Below, piece by piece: positions 44,674 to 56,497 of a stretch of DNA of 64,000 nt. Position numbers and translations under genes: made by a program. The notes under the pieces are model-generated. The model saw nothing but the letters and a program-made list of their open reading frames with translations. It was not told the DNA's origin and made no database searches. Location: positions 124,001 to 188,000 of the forward strand of contig OZ025675.1 of the NCBI GenBank assembly GCA_964019335.1. The letters are read 5' to 3'. Within the stretch, counting starts at the first letter, position 1, and every line of letters starts with the position of its first letter. This stretch comes from Diplonema japonicum. Lineage: Eukaryota > Protista > Euglenozoa: Diplonemea.

Positions 44674-45134
44674 TTTATTTCTTTTTTCTTCCTTCTTTCC
44701 TTGTAATGACGAAGAAAGGCATGCCAGCCCCAAAAAAATGCAAATAACGTTTTCACCTCTTGAAAAAGAAGTACTGTAGCAGCTATATGGGCGTGCAAAA
44801 AAAAGAAGAAGTAAAAACTAGGGCACTCACCGACTCATTGTCGACAGTACCAAAAAGCACAGGTGTCTGGTCCTCTGAATAAATCTTTAATGACTTGAGG
44901 AAAACTTGGAAATAAACACCTAGCCCCCTTCCCCTCCCCCGGAAAGCAAGCTGAGGAAGGGTGAGCTGCAGAGGCAGAGGGCGCTATGAACGCTTAGCAA
45001 CCACACTAAAATAAAAATATTGCTTGCCAAACGGTTACAAACACAATACCAAGTGATTCTGATGCTGTAAGATTAAAATCCTCGGCAGTACTTGGAGTTC
45101 TAGGTATCTCTCAAACGCTTCTACCAGTAGCTTT

Positions 45135-47984
45135 TTAGAAGGCGCATATGGTATCGCTACTGCCGCTCGAGCTAAAGGCATCAGCCTTCACCTCATACAC
45201 ATTCAACCCAAAACCTGACACAGCAGCCTCCGCATGAAGCTCGAACTGCATCTCTGTTTTGCACAACTCCTCCGCCACGCTCCCATACAGGCAGAACACA
45301 TCATCCTTCACTCCCAATGAGCACAGCGACCCTGCCACATCCACACACCTACCTAAGACTGTCACGAACTTCTGATTCCTTCCCCCGACTGTCCCATGCT
45401 TCACCTCACTGTTCGACAGCCCGATGTGAATACAGCACAGAGATCGGCTAAATAGAGCTCGGAAGAGAGTGACGACGAAGGAGAGGGAGTTCTCGATGTG
45501 TGTGGGGCAGGGACGGGAGGTGTTCCACCCAACAGCGACTCTGCTTCCTTGAACAGAGATGAGGACCCCATGTGACCTCTCAGTGCACATCATCACCTTC
45601 GCAAGTGTGTCGTTAATTAGTTGTGAGGTCTCCGCAGCATCGCACTCATCGGGAATCCTAGTATCCAGCAGGCCCACACTTGCTACTGTCTTTGACAAAA
45701 GTACTACCTCTTGTGTGCTATGTCTTGACGAAGTGACAGAGCTCTTCCTTACCAGTCTGACAAGGCGCCTGTCCCCCCTGCAGAGCAGAAGCTGTGACTC
45801 GATGAAAGGTACCCTGCCAGAGAGACTGCTGGGAAGCAAGATGAAGGGATGCACGGGGTCAGACACACCCTTCAGCCTCACCTCACCCATTGGTATCACA
45901 ATAGCTTCATTGGTCTGTGCCCCAATCTTCTCCATGACCTCCTCAGTGACAGCAACAGCACCCCCAACACAGGCCCCTTCCATCCGAGCCGCCTTGTTCA
46001 CAGTGTTCCCGAAGTAGTCGTACCTGCCTGTCAAGGTGTTCAGCTGCACATCAACCTCACCAAAGTGAACACCAATCCGAACACGAAGCCCACACCAAGG
46101 ACCGTCCTCATCCCAAGCACAGTGGTCAAGGAGGAGAAGCTCCTGTGGCCAGTTGCAGTTCACGAGCCCTTCCTGAACAGACAGGGAAAAGGAGACAGCA
46201 TCAGAAGGGTCCTCGAAGGCCACCATGAAGGAGTCCCCAATGGTCTTCACCTCGTACCCGTTGTGCTCAGACACACACTCCCGCGTCACCTTGTTGTGAA
46301 CCTTCAGACCCTCCCTCATCCCCTCAGGGCAGGCCTCCCATGTTGCCGTCGATCCTTGGATGTCGGTGAAGACAACAGCTGCCTGCCCCGTTTTGAGACC
46401 AGGAAAAGGGAAATCCCTCAAGTGTTCCGTCGTGTGGACAGGATAAGTTTCAACAAACAAGGTGTTTGGAAGGTAAGCCTTGTACTCCCTCAGACCATTA
46501 ATCGCCATGAGTAACCCATCAGTGACAAGAGCCACCTCCTGCACCATGATAGGTTTGTACATCGACTTCATGTGTGCTTCTGCCTTGTCCAGATTCATCG
46601 TCTCAAGAAACCTGTTCCCAACAACAAGCTTCTCAAGTGGACGGGCGATCAGGGTCACCTCCAACACAGCAATGATAAGGTCGACCACGAAGATCACAAC
46701 AGAGGCGATGATGAGCTGCACCAGTGCCGCGTACACCTTGTCGTTCACAGAGGACACAGTGCGCATCCAGAGAAGCTCGTAGGTGGTGCTAGAGGCGGTG
46801 TAGACATGGGTGAGTCGCAGGAAGTACTCCCCGCCGTCCAGCGATGTGTCAACGAAGTAGTCCTTCTTGTACAATGGGGTGGTCTTGTTCACATCAGAAG
46901 CAGCGAAGTACTCCCCGTACCGGATGTGGGTACGCATGCTTGTGGAGGAAAGATCTGCGGTGAAGAAGGTCCCTCGGGGTCGGACCTTGGAGGCATTCAC
47001 AGCACTGGAAACAGTGGGGCCAAGTTCATTGGGGTGCAGGAAGCAGTCTGATCCTTGCAAATTAATGCAGTTGAAGCATCTCGTGTAACATTCGAACTTG
47101 ATGGCAGGCCCAGTGTAAATGGTGTGCGCGAAGATCTTCCCAGCAGCTGAGTCGAGTGCCACAAGTTCTGTGTTCTCTGTTTCGAACTCACGGACAACAG
47201 TCGTCCACGGACGGTAGTTGAAAAAGTTCACTAAAACGATCTCATACCCTTGCAGCCAAGGGAGTGTGTGCCTGATGCGGTACTCGGTGTAGGCATAAGG
47301 GGACCCGTCCACAGCATTCCAGAAGTAGGTCGGGGACCACGATCCCTCGTAGGGCATTGTTCGCATCCAGCTCACCCAATGTTCTGTGTCCTCCCCCCAC
47401 ACTTGACGATACACATCAGGGGCAAGGATGCCTGTGTCGTTGTCCAGCGCCACGAACTCTCTGATCCACTCCACCCCACCAGTTGAGTTCCTGACACCGT
47501 AGGAGTCTCCATGGAGCCAGTACTTGGCATCATCGCCATTGGAGGCAACGACAGGGTCGTACCACACGTACTGCCTCCCGAACCACTCAGGGTCACTCCA
47601 AGGTGCAGCACACGTCGCGCACGAGGGGTCGTACTGCTTCGCGAGGTAGTACCCTCCTCCAAAGCCCCACTCTGTGGAACGGAGTGCTGCAAAGTACTGT
47701 GCAGCGTAATTGATACGTATGCTGTCCAGCCCCAGCGAGATGTTCATGGCATCCGCTCTGTTGAAGAGGAGGACTGCCTCGCGTGAGCCAGCCACCACAT
47801 CGTCCAGCATCCCTGCCAGCCGAAGCCTCGCACTCTTCGACGCCGCCGCACTGCTGTCGTCCACAGCAGAGCGAAGGACTGAGATACTCTCTGTGTACAG
47901 TAGAAACCCTGCCAGGAGGGAGATGAAGGTGGACACAATCGTTGAGACGAAGATGATCAGCTTCGATGGGACGTGGAGCGGCAT
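45135..47984 (-). CDS. Receptor-type adenylate cyclase, family A, catalytically complete (A4)
   Basis: ATG at 47984. Ectodomain near-identical to A2 and A5; intact VFTDIQGST / VKTIGD / YDYFGNTVNKAARME plus degenerate second domain. Confidence 0.93.
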   Translation of the reverse strand: MPLHVPSKLIIFVSTIVSTFISLLAGFLLYTESISVLRSAVDDSSAAASKSARLRLAGMLDDVVAGSREAVLLFNRADAMNISLGLDSIRINYAAQYFAALRSTEWGFGGGYYLAKQYDPSCATCAAPWSDPEWFGRQYVWYDPVVASNGDDAKYWLHGDSYGVRNSTGGVEWIREFVALDNDTGILAPDVYRQVWGEDTEHWVSWMRTMPYEGSWSPTYFWNAVDGSPYAYTEYRIRHTLPWLQGYEIVLVNFFNYRPWTTVVREFETENTELVALDSAAGKIFAHTIYTGPAIKFECYTRCFNCINLQGSDCFLHPNELGPTVSSAVNASKVRPRGTFFTADLSSTSMRTHIRYGEYFAASDVNKTTPLYKKDYFVDTSLDGGEYFLRLTHVYTASSTTYELLWMRTVSSVNDKVYAALVQLIIASVVIFVVDLIIAVLEVTLIARPLEKLVVGNRFLETMNLDKAEAHMKSMYKPIMVQEVALVTDGLLMAINGLREYKAYLPNTLFVETYPVHTTEHLRDFPFPGLKTGQAAVVFTDIQGSTATWEACPEGMREGLKVHNKVTRECVSEHNGYEVKTIGDSFMVAFEDPSDAVSFSLSVQEGLVNCNWPQELLLLDHCAWDEDGPWCGLRVRIGVHFGEVDVQLNTLTGRYDYFGNTVNKAARMEGACVGGAVAVTEEVMEKIGAQTNEAIVIPMGEVRLKGVSDPVHPFILLPSSLSGRVPFIESQLLLCRGDRRLVRLVRKSSVTSSRHSTQEVVLLSKTVASVGLLDTRIPDECDAAETSQLINDTLAKVMMCTERSHGVLISVQGSRVAVGWNTSRPCPTHIENSLSFVVTLFRALFSRSLCCIHIGLSNSEVKHGTVGGRNQKFVTVLGRCVDVAGSLCSLGVKDDVFCLYGSVAEELCKTEMQFELHAEAAVSGFGLNVYEVKADAFSSSGSSDTICAF

Positions 47985-50709
47985 TTTCCTTCTCCTGGGT
48001 GTGTTTAGCAACAGTTATTTAACTTAAACAATGAATTATTCCGGACACACAGCTCCCACGGCTCTCCCCACCTTTTATTCCAACATTATAACGCTTCTCT
48101 GTGCTATGTTTCACAGCAAACCTGTCTCATACTATTCTAGGCGACAGCCGATCAGAAATAGATAAACAAATGGCAAAAGAAAAGCATGTTCTCCTTTCTT
48201 CACACATCTCACCTCCATATCATAATGCCCTCCACAGAGCGATAGCCGCGTCGCCTGTCGCCATACAACTGAATCGTTATGCTTTGGTGTCCACTGTGCC
48301 CACCGCAGCAACGGCTGTTGCCAACATCTTTCCCTTTTAAGACACTTGGGGGAAACGCAGATACACAACAAAAAAAAAAGAGAAAAGTAAAAAAAAAAAA
48401 TAAAATAAAAAATAAAAAGGAAGTTAGAGGTTTTTTTAAAAAAAAGGGGGGGGGGAGGGCGGTGGGGGGGCAAGAAAAGAAAAATCGCGCAAATTCGAGA
48501 ATTACAGGGTAAAAGGTCTTCGTTCCCCTTCCTTCCTGTGCGCTTTTTTTTTCTTTTTCTTTCATGTTTTTCTTTTTTTTCTTTTTTTCTTCAACAGCAA
48601 ATGAATCGGCTCTGTGTTTGGTGGAAAGGCGTACACCAAAGCGTAGTTGAGCGAGGGAATAGTTTGAACCGTGAGACTTTTGTTCAGCTTTTTTCTTTTT
48701 GGCTTTTCCGACCAGAAGTCTAGATAACTGAATATTGTTTAGCAGGAACTTGGGCATGCAATAGAAAGCCTTTTTTGTCAGGTGTTGGAACCCACCTTTT
48801 GTTCCTGAGTGACAAAATTCTATTTCCTTTTGTTTTTTTTTTTTTCTTCTTTCTTTACCGCGACAGTTTTTTTCCCTCCCACGATTTTGTACCATTATGC
48901 AACAGTGCGCCAGAAAACACATCTATATTAATCACGAGTAACCAGTAGCAACTAGACGAAAAAGATGTCTTTGAAGGGAACCTGCAGTATGTGACAGGAT
49001 CGCCTGAAAAAGAAATGGAGCTGGGGCTGAGAGGAGAGAAGTAGGAGAGTAAATAATTTCCCCCCCCCCCTTTTTTTTTTTCTGGAGCAAAACGAGGAAT
49101 AAAGATGGAGAGAAAGGGAACCGCCTGGAGATATACGGATTCTGTGGTTTCCCCTGGGCTGACTGGCTTCGGTGGCGTGAGCCCCATCATAACCCATTAT
49201 AAAGCACAGTGTCAGGGTTAACCGATCAATCACAATCGGGTTTAGAATTGAATGTCAGGGTTAAACCCAACCAAGCAACCCTAGCTTAAAACCCTTCCAG
49301 GCCCCGTAGCCGTGTGCCGTCAGGCCCCCAAGATGTCGAAGGGTATGCACCCTTGCTTTGTCGTTGGCGGGGAAGGCTGACCTTACACATCGTGCTGTGA
49401 AAGGTAAAAAAAGAAAAAAAAAAAAAAAAAAAAGAAATTGAGCATAGTCTGTCGGTATTTCTTGCCCGAAATATGGGTTTTGGATTGGGTTTCAAAACCC
49501 GAAGGTGATCGGCTAACCCTGAATACCATGATAAGAGGATATTGGTATCGTATAATCCCCCCCCCAAAAAAAAAAATTGCAGACCGACTAACCCTCATGC
49601 TACGAACTGCTTCTGTAGCAGCAGAAAAATGTGGGAATTTCGTATCTCCACCTGGACCGAAAGAAAGAAAAAAACGCGTCGGAAACCTCAGTACTTCATT
49701 CCTAAAATTGGTACTTTTGTAGCCTTCTTGCAGACTTTAAAATCGACTTGGCAAGGCAGCTTGTCGTAAAAAACGCAACTTTACGGCGGGGTGCGGAGAG
49801 CCGTCTGCAACTCAGTCTTTTCGGAGGTTGGACAATACTGTTACAAAATGTTTCAGCACCGGCCAATCAAGGGCAATCAGAGATCTGTGAAGAAGAAAAC
49901 AAGTGAAGGAGGCTGTCCTCCGCCCATCGCCCCTTAGTGGGTTTGAGCAATAACTGTTTTCTCTTTTAAACTCTCACATTTCTTCTTTTTCCGGGTTCAT
50001 AAATAGACGGTCCTTTGGCACCTTTTTCAAATCACCTCTGTTTCTTCTTTATTCTAAATTTAGAGATATCGAATCGACCGGAAAATTATTTAAAAAAAAA
50101 AAGGGGGGGGCTCTTTCTTTGGGAACTTTCTTTTGAATACAATATCCCACATTCTGGTAAAAAAAAAAAAAAACTTTTTTTTTTTTGTTCCTTACCTTAG
50201 AGTCATAAGCGTGCAGAAGGCTACGGGTTAGCTGTTAAACCCCAACAAACAAAGAAGGTTTGTGGGCAGATGGGAGGGGAGAAAAAAGAAACACAAAGGA
50301 AAAACAAAACAAAAAAGAAAAGAGGAAAAAATAAAAAACCTTCGAAGCGGGATGCATGACAATGGCAAAGCCTGATGATGGGGGTGGGAAGGGAAGAGAT
50401 CAGTTGTTACACCACCTACCGTGGGGAAAATAAATACTGTAAAAACGAAAAAAAAATCTGGAAGAGAAATATTCGAGCTTTTCTTTTTTCCCGGGTGTCT
50501 CGGTTGATACAAAAAAAAAAGCACAAAAAAAGGGGGGGGTAAAAAAAACAGGCAAATGGAAGGTTCGAAGGCACTACTTAAAGTATGGTTTAAAAAAAAA
50601 AAAAAAGAAATATAAGAGGAGTCGCCAGGTGTCGGCGGCGCCCTCAAAAAAGAAAATAGCACACATCGCAACGAATAAATGAATTTTAATGTTCACTCGA
50701 GTGGGAATG

Positions 50710-50748
<39 letters not shown>

Positions 50749-50834
50749 GCATACCAGATTTGTACTTATTTTGTTCATGTGTCGGAACGTTACGGAATGT
50801 TACGGGAACAATACAAAAAAAAAAAAAAAGATTA

Positions 50835-52031
50835 CTGTAAAACAAATTAACCACCACAAATCTACCGGAAGATAAAATATCCGGACCGCCGACGGTGATT
50901 TTATCTTCCGGACATTTTTTTGCACTTTTCAAGTGGGTACCAAGCCTGTCCTACGCACTGTCCCCTCCCCCTGTCTGCTGTATGTTTCCCTGGAAAAACT
51001 TATGTTTCTTTTGCAAGAGTCTTAAAAATGGCAAAAATAAGATTTAAAAAAAAAAGGGGGTGAAGAACGTCCTACCTGTCCGTCTTGTTTGCTGCTTTCG
51101 CAGCCTTGGCAGTGTGCCTGACCTCGGCCTCAGCAAGTCTTTGCTGGGTCAAGAAGGGGGGACCATTTCTACCGAAGAAAAAGAAGAAACGGAAAACGAA
51201 GCTTCGTCCACCCAAGAAGCGGCGGAAACCGTACTTGTGTTGCTTCCTCGTTCAGAAGAGGCTTGCGACCCGCAGTAACGGGTGCGACTGGGATCGACCT
51301 TGGAGCATACCAAAGCGGTGTTCCCAGTCTGATATACTAGACGTTGGCACCGTGAAGTTCCTTCGCGCGGTACCAGCCCCTGGGCCGCCGTGGTACCATG
51401 GGTGGCCGCTGAGTACAAACGGCCTATTTTGGCCTTTTCAGCTCATTTACACGGGAAAAACAGAACCAGCTCGCTGCAGGAAATACCCCGGGTCCGTCCC
51501 TCGTGTTGCACCCCCCCCCAAAAGGCTGGAGTTTAACAGCTTCGAAATCTCACTGGGCCACCCAAGAAACGCTTCAGCTCTGGGTAAAACGTGTCTTTCT
51601 CCTGTTGCTATAAACTTATTAATGTTTAGGGGGCTCGGAAAATGAGAAAATAAAAAGCACAAGAACAACCCTAAAGCAAGCACAAGGAGTGGTTCGGTTC
51701 GACAAGTCTGAGGTAGAAGCGAACAATCAGGATCTGAGGTATCTTTTAGTTCTTGGAAAAGTCCGTAATTCAATTCTCTCTGATTTTCGTTTGATTTTTT
51801 CTCTTGCTACAGAAACTAGTTCATCCGTTTTCGGGTCCAGTCCTTTAAAAAAAAAAAAAAAGAAAATATATATGAGTTAAAGGAGGCCGGTGTTGGCGGC
51901 GCCCTGCACAAGAACTGTCTACTTGATTACAGAAGAAAAGGGGGTCCTGGGAAAAAAATGTCCGGAAGAAAAAATAGCCGGACCGCCAGAGCTTCCGGAC
52001 ATTTTATCTTACGGTGATTTTTGTTTTACAG
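50835..52031. mobile_element. TA-flanked TIR element (CTGTAAAAC family) with ~1 kb of internal sequence
   Basis: TA|CTGTAAAACAAA ... TTTGTTTTACAG|TA with inverted subterminal CCGGAAGA / TCTTCCGG motifs; same terminus type as 2753-3125. Confidence 0.7.
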
Positions 52032-52500
52032 TATTTTAAAATTTAGAAAAAACTCATGATGGCTGAAAGGCCCTCAACTGAATTATTCTCTCTCTTTTTT
52101 TTTTTTCTCCCCCCCCAGAGTGAACAGAAAACTCATTGAGCGTGAATAAGGTGGTGTTTATTTATTAGATTTTTTTTTTTTTTTTTTCTTTTTACTCTCC
52201 TCAGCTCAGTTTTACTTCATTTCAGGTACCATGCCCCAAACGAGGTCGGCAAAAAAAAAAAAAAAGGGTGTCTTTGAGGGAGCCTGCAGTATGTGACAGG
52301 ATCGCCTAACGACAATCAACTCATCTAGTGTTTGATCCCTTCTGTCGTGGTAGTGATACCACCTTAGGCCCGCAGTAGTATCTTATCAGCTTGGGCGTGA
52401 AGCTTGGGGAAAAAAAAAAAAAAAAAAAAAAAAATCAAGTTTTTCACGGTCAAATTTGAAAGGTATCACCAGGTCGGGAATGACCCACTAAACTGAGAGT

Positions 52501-52536
<36 letters not shown>

Positions 52537-53386
52537 TAGTTTGGCGCTTCATTTGTTTGTGCGCACAAGTGGCAAAAAATAGAAGTTCGGCAGTGGTAAG
52601 GGAAACTACTTTTAAGCCGGGGGGGGCGGGGGACGGGGGGGTTTCTTTTCGATTTTCTTTCTTTCTTTCGGAAATCATGTGTTATCTATTTAAATGTTTC
52701 GTAGTGACAGTAAATAATAATAAATACTCCCCTACCTGTGAAATAATTGGGGGGGAGGGTAGGGGGCCGGGGGGTGAATGAGGAGTGAAGGCGAAAAAGA
52801 AATAGAAGAGAGAGCTTTAATTGAATCGTTGGGGGGGGGGGGGGGAAGAAAAGTTTCTTTTTTTTCTTTCTTTCTCGATACTTTTTAATGCAGCATTTCT
52901 TTTGTTTTCTTTCTTTCGTTTCTTCCCCCCCCCCCCCCTTCTTTCCCCTTTTTTCTTTGAATATTACTCACACACTTTAAGCACAAAACAGTTACAAAAA
53001 AAATTAAAAGAAAAAAATTAAAAAAATCTTCTCTTTGAGCAGATAAACCTATTGGCAAAGGAACATGCGTGCAAAACCTTAGAACCCGTTTTCACCAAAA
53101 AAGAGGCCTTTAGCGAAAGGCAGTGCTGCTCATTCCCACAGCCTGTGATATCTGGAACATTTGAGGAGCAGCACGACCTGAAACCTGCAATTCCCATCAC
53201 AGCCGCCTTACCCATAGGCATTTCAAATGAAGAATAAAAAACGGGGGGGGGGGGGAATCATAATTTCGGGTTTCTTTCAGCGAGGCACCTGCCCCCCTGG
53301 TGCCTATTTTTCGCAACGGGTGGGGGGATGGGGGGAGGGTTTACAAAAAAAAAAAAAGAAAATCAGAAAAATAAAAGTAAAAAAAG

Positions 53387-54110
53387 AGTCGGCTGATTGT
53401 TTGTGCAAGCCGTTTTCACCTACAGTAGGGGTAAACGGGCAAGCTGCTCTCTACTCTTTTTTGCAATAACAATTCTTTTCAAAAATTTGTTTACTTGTTC
53501 CAGCAAAAAAAAAAAAAAAAAAAAAAAAAGAAAAATTCATTTCCTGGTTTTTTTCCCATCTTAGAGCAAATTCCGGGGATTGGAATTAAAAAAAAAAAAT
53601 ATATATATATATATGAGTTAAAGGAGGCCGGTGTTGGCGGCGCCCTGCTTGAAAAAAAAAAAAAAAATGAGTTAAAGGAAGTCTTTGTGAGACGCCCCCT
53701 TGTTCTCATTTTCTACCTGCACCTATCCCCCCAAAAAAAAATGTTTGTGCACAGCCGGGGTTAACCTGTAGAAGGATAAGCCCAACAATGCTACCACTAC
53801 TCTTTTTAAGCAATAACAATTCATCATCAATATTGTTTTTTCTCGTTCATGCAAAAAGAAAAAAAAAAAAGAAGAAGAAGAACTGGCCGTTGTTTGTACG
53901 TGCCGGGTAAAACCTGGAGAAGTTTTGTAAAACCCGAAACACGTTGCCAATGTTTCCCCTTTTGTTTAGACAAGTTCTTTTTCAAAAAAAAAAAAAGAAG
54001 AAAACAAAATAAATATGAATTCTCATCAGCAGCGGTTAGTTGGTGGTCTTGCCGGCCTTCTCCCAGCCTGGCCGCTTTTCCCCTTCTTTCTCTTGCCCAT
54101 TGTCCTTTCA
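53387..54110 (-). repeat. Pile-up of short dispersed repeat ends separated by A-runs
   Basis: R1-type ends at 53613 and 53667; 53742-53830 matches 28985-29070; 53877-53975 matches 11410-11500 and 3355-3420; 54025-54100 is R1-like. Confidence 0.75.
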
Positions 54111-54196
54111 AAAAAGGGAAAAAAAAAGGGACGTTTTCTTTTGTTACTTCTCTCCTGCTGGAGAATTAGGAGCCACAATTGTTGCATTTTCGAATA

Positions 54197-54536
54197 CCGG
54201 ATTTGTACTTATATTGTTATGTGAAAAGAAATTTGAAAAAGGTACATAATATTTACAGAACACAAGAAGCCATGGAGCGACATGTTTCATTCAGAGTATA
54301 GGGTTGGATTTTTTTAAATAATTATTTATGTTGGAACTGCTTTAAGGTGGTAAATAAGTAGGAAAACGTGACTTTGATTTTAGTGGAGCCTGTCCTGGGG
54401 GGGGGGATCAGGTTTTTTGTATTGTTCTGTAAAAAGCCCCAAGTTGGGTCCAAAATCCGAAAAGGGTACATAATTTATACAGCACACTAAATCCCCAGAC
54501 CATTATTAAAACTGAACAATATAAATACAAATCCGG
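54197..54536. mobile_element. TA-flanked MITE with CCG terminus
   Basis: TA|CCGGATTTGTACTTATATTGTT ... AACAATATAAATACAAATCCGG|TA; related end at ~50752. Confidence 0.75.
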
Positions 54537-55137
54537 TATAAAAAAAAAAAAAAAAAAGCTTTGGAAGACTATTCGTCTTTAGTTCTTATCTCTCGCATGA
54601 TTTCTTTCTTTATTTCCTTCTTTCTTCTTGAAATATTGCCAGAAGGTCTAGAATCCGTGTAGGCTAATTACAAAAAAAAAAATACTAAAATAAAATGGGG
54701 CTTTGATTGCAACACTTTAAGCGCGCAACGAAGCACGAACTACCTACTTATAACAGGGGGCGCTCCTCGGCCGAGCAGTAGCTTCTTCTGCGTTCCGCGT
54801 CGTGTCCTTAATGCGTGCGGTGTGCTCAACCCCAGCCGGGACGTCCCGGGTAACCAAGATTCTGCGCTCGTGCAGTTTGCTGCCTGTTCCCTGAGCATCT
54901 GCGTTACGTTCTTCCACTCGGGTGCTACCGGTGATGACCGACGAGGAGGTCATGTTATCCCCGCGACCTAAAAAAAAAAAAAAAAAAAAAAAAAAACTAC
55001 TTACAGGATTCAGGAAACCGTAAGGCAGGGACTTATGTTTTTCTTTCTCATTTTCTTTTTCCTTTTGTTCACGACTTAACAAATCCTTTGTCTTTGGAAA
55101 TACGTTTAAAGAGGGGGGGGGGGGGGGGGGGGGCCTT

Positions 55138-55432
55138 TTTGCCCTTTTTCAGGCTCTTCGCCAAGGCATTTTGGGCCCTTAAAAAAACTTTAACCACCCT
55201 AAAAGTGCCCACAAATCACCCAAATCCCCGTTTCCCGATGGTTTCCGGCCCCAAAAGTGCCCAGAATCATGTTCTAATTTTGGGCCCAAAATTAGAACAT
55301 GATTCTGGGCACTTCTGGGGCCGGAAACCATCGGGAAACGGGGGTTTGGGTGATTTGTGGGCACTTTTGGGGTGGTTAAAGTTTTTTTAAGGGCCCAAAA
55401 TGCCCTTGGCGAAGAGCCTGAAAAAGGGCAAA
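55138..55432. repeat. Near-perfect ~295-bp spacerless palindrome (foldback element)
   Basis: Centre ...CATGTTCTAATTTTGGG|CCCAAAATTAGAACATG... at 55284/55285; arms match with few mismatches. Confidence 0.9.
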
Positions 55433-55457
55433 TAACGACCCCCTTATGACCCCCCCA

Positions 55458-55638
55458 GGGCTATGCTGGCAGGAAACGTGGAAACGTTTCCGTTTCCGTT
55501 CCCGTTTCCATACTTTTCAAAATTCTTATGGAAACGCGTTTCCTTCTTAAGGAAACATAAGGAAACGTTTCCGTTTCCGTTTCCGTTTCCCTTTTTTCAA
55601 AAAATGCATGGAAACGCGTTTCCATGCCAGCATAGCCC
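55458..55638. mobile_element. MITE with GGGCTATGCTGGCA TIRs and internal GGAAAC/GTTTCC arrays
   Basis: GGGCTATGCTGGCAGGAAACG ... CGTTTCCATGCCAGCATAGCCC. Confidence 0.8.
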
Positions 55639-56497
55639 TAGGGGGGGGGGGGGGGTCCCGTATATTTCTTTTATCAGAAGAACTCCTTTTCCCCCTTTTG
55701 TTTTTTCAAAGACTCGTTCTTGCAAAAAAAAAAAAAATAATTCTTTTTTTTTTTCTCCTCCTTTCTTTTTGTGACAAATAAATTTGCCGTGAAAAGAATT
55801 CCAAGTGAGTGTCAGAGAAGACGTTAGTCTCTACTGAAAATCATGTACTTTGTTTCAGTTTGGGACTTCTTTTTTCATTTGCACGGTATATACATATATA
55901 TAAATATGAGTTAAAGGGGATCCTTGCGAGACCCCCTTGTTCTCATTCACTACTATATAAGCAGCTATGATTGCTAGAATAGAAAAAAAGTGAAGAAAAA
56001 AAAACTAAGGCTGACGTTCCACATCGCGCTGTCCTCTTTACAAAAGAAAAAAAAAAAGCAAAATATATAAGAGATGGAGGCGCACCTCGTCCGAGCTCTA
56101 GCTTCTGCATTCCGCTTTGTGTCCTTAATGCGTGCGGTGCTAACCCAGGGATGACCAAGATTCCAGAAGCTATTCCCATTCTTCCACTCGGGCGCCGGTG
56201 ATGACCGACGAGGAGGTCAACAGCGAACAACCACCAGGAGACACAAAAAAAAAAAATGAAATAGCCGATGTCACTCTTAGCTTCTGCGCAATGGGTTACA
56301 AAACCGTTGTTACCAATAAAGAGTTTATTTGTATAACGCATAACACTGCTGACATTCTGTTTTTTTTTTTTTTTTTATCTGTTCATCATAAAAGGGGTGG
56401 TGTGGAATGTGTTGCAAGCGAAAAAAAAAGCTTCTGCGGGTTTTCTAGCCCGCTTCGTCCTATTGGTTAAAAGAAAAAAATACAAAAAAAAAAAAAA

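Noticed and set aside
53590-53740. Repeated GAGTTAAAGGA units as a CRISPR-like array
   Set aside because: Irregular spacing, homopolymer separators, eukaryotic context and no cas genes. These are stacked retroelement ends.
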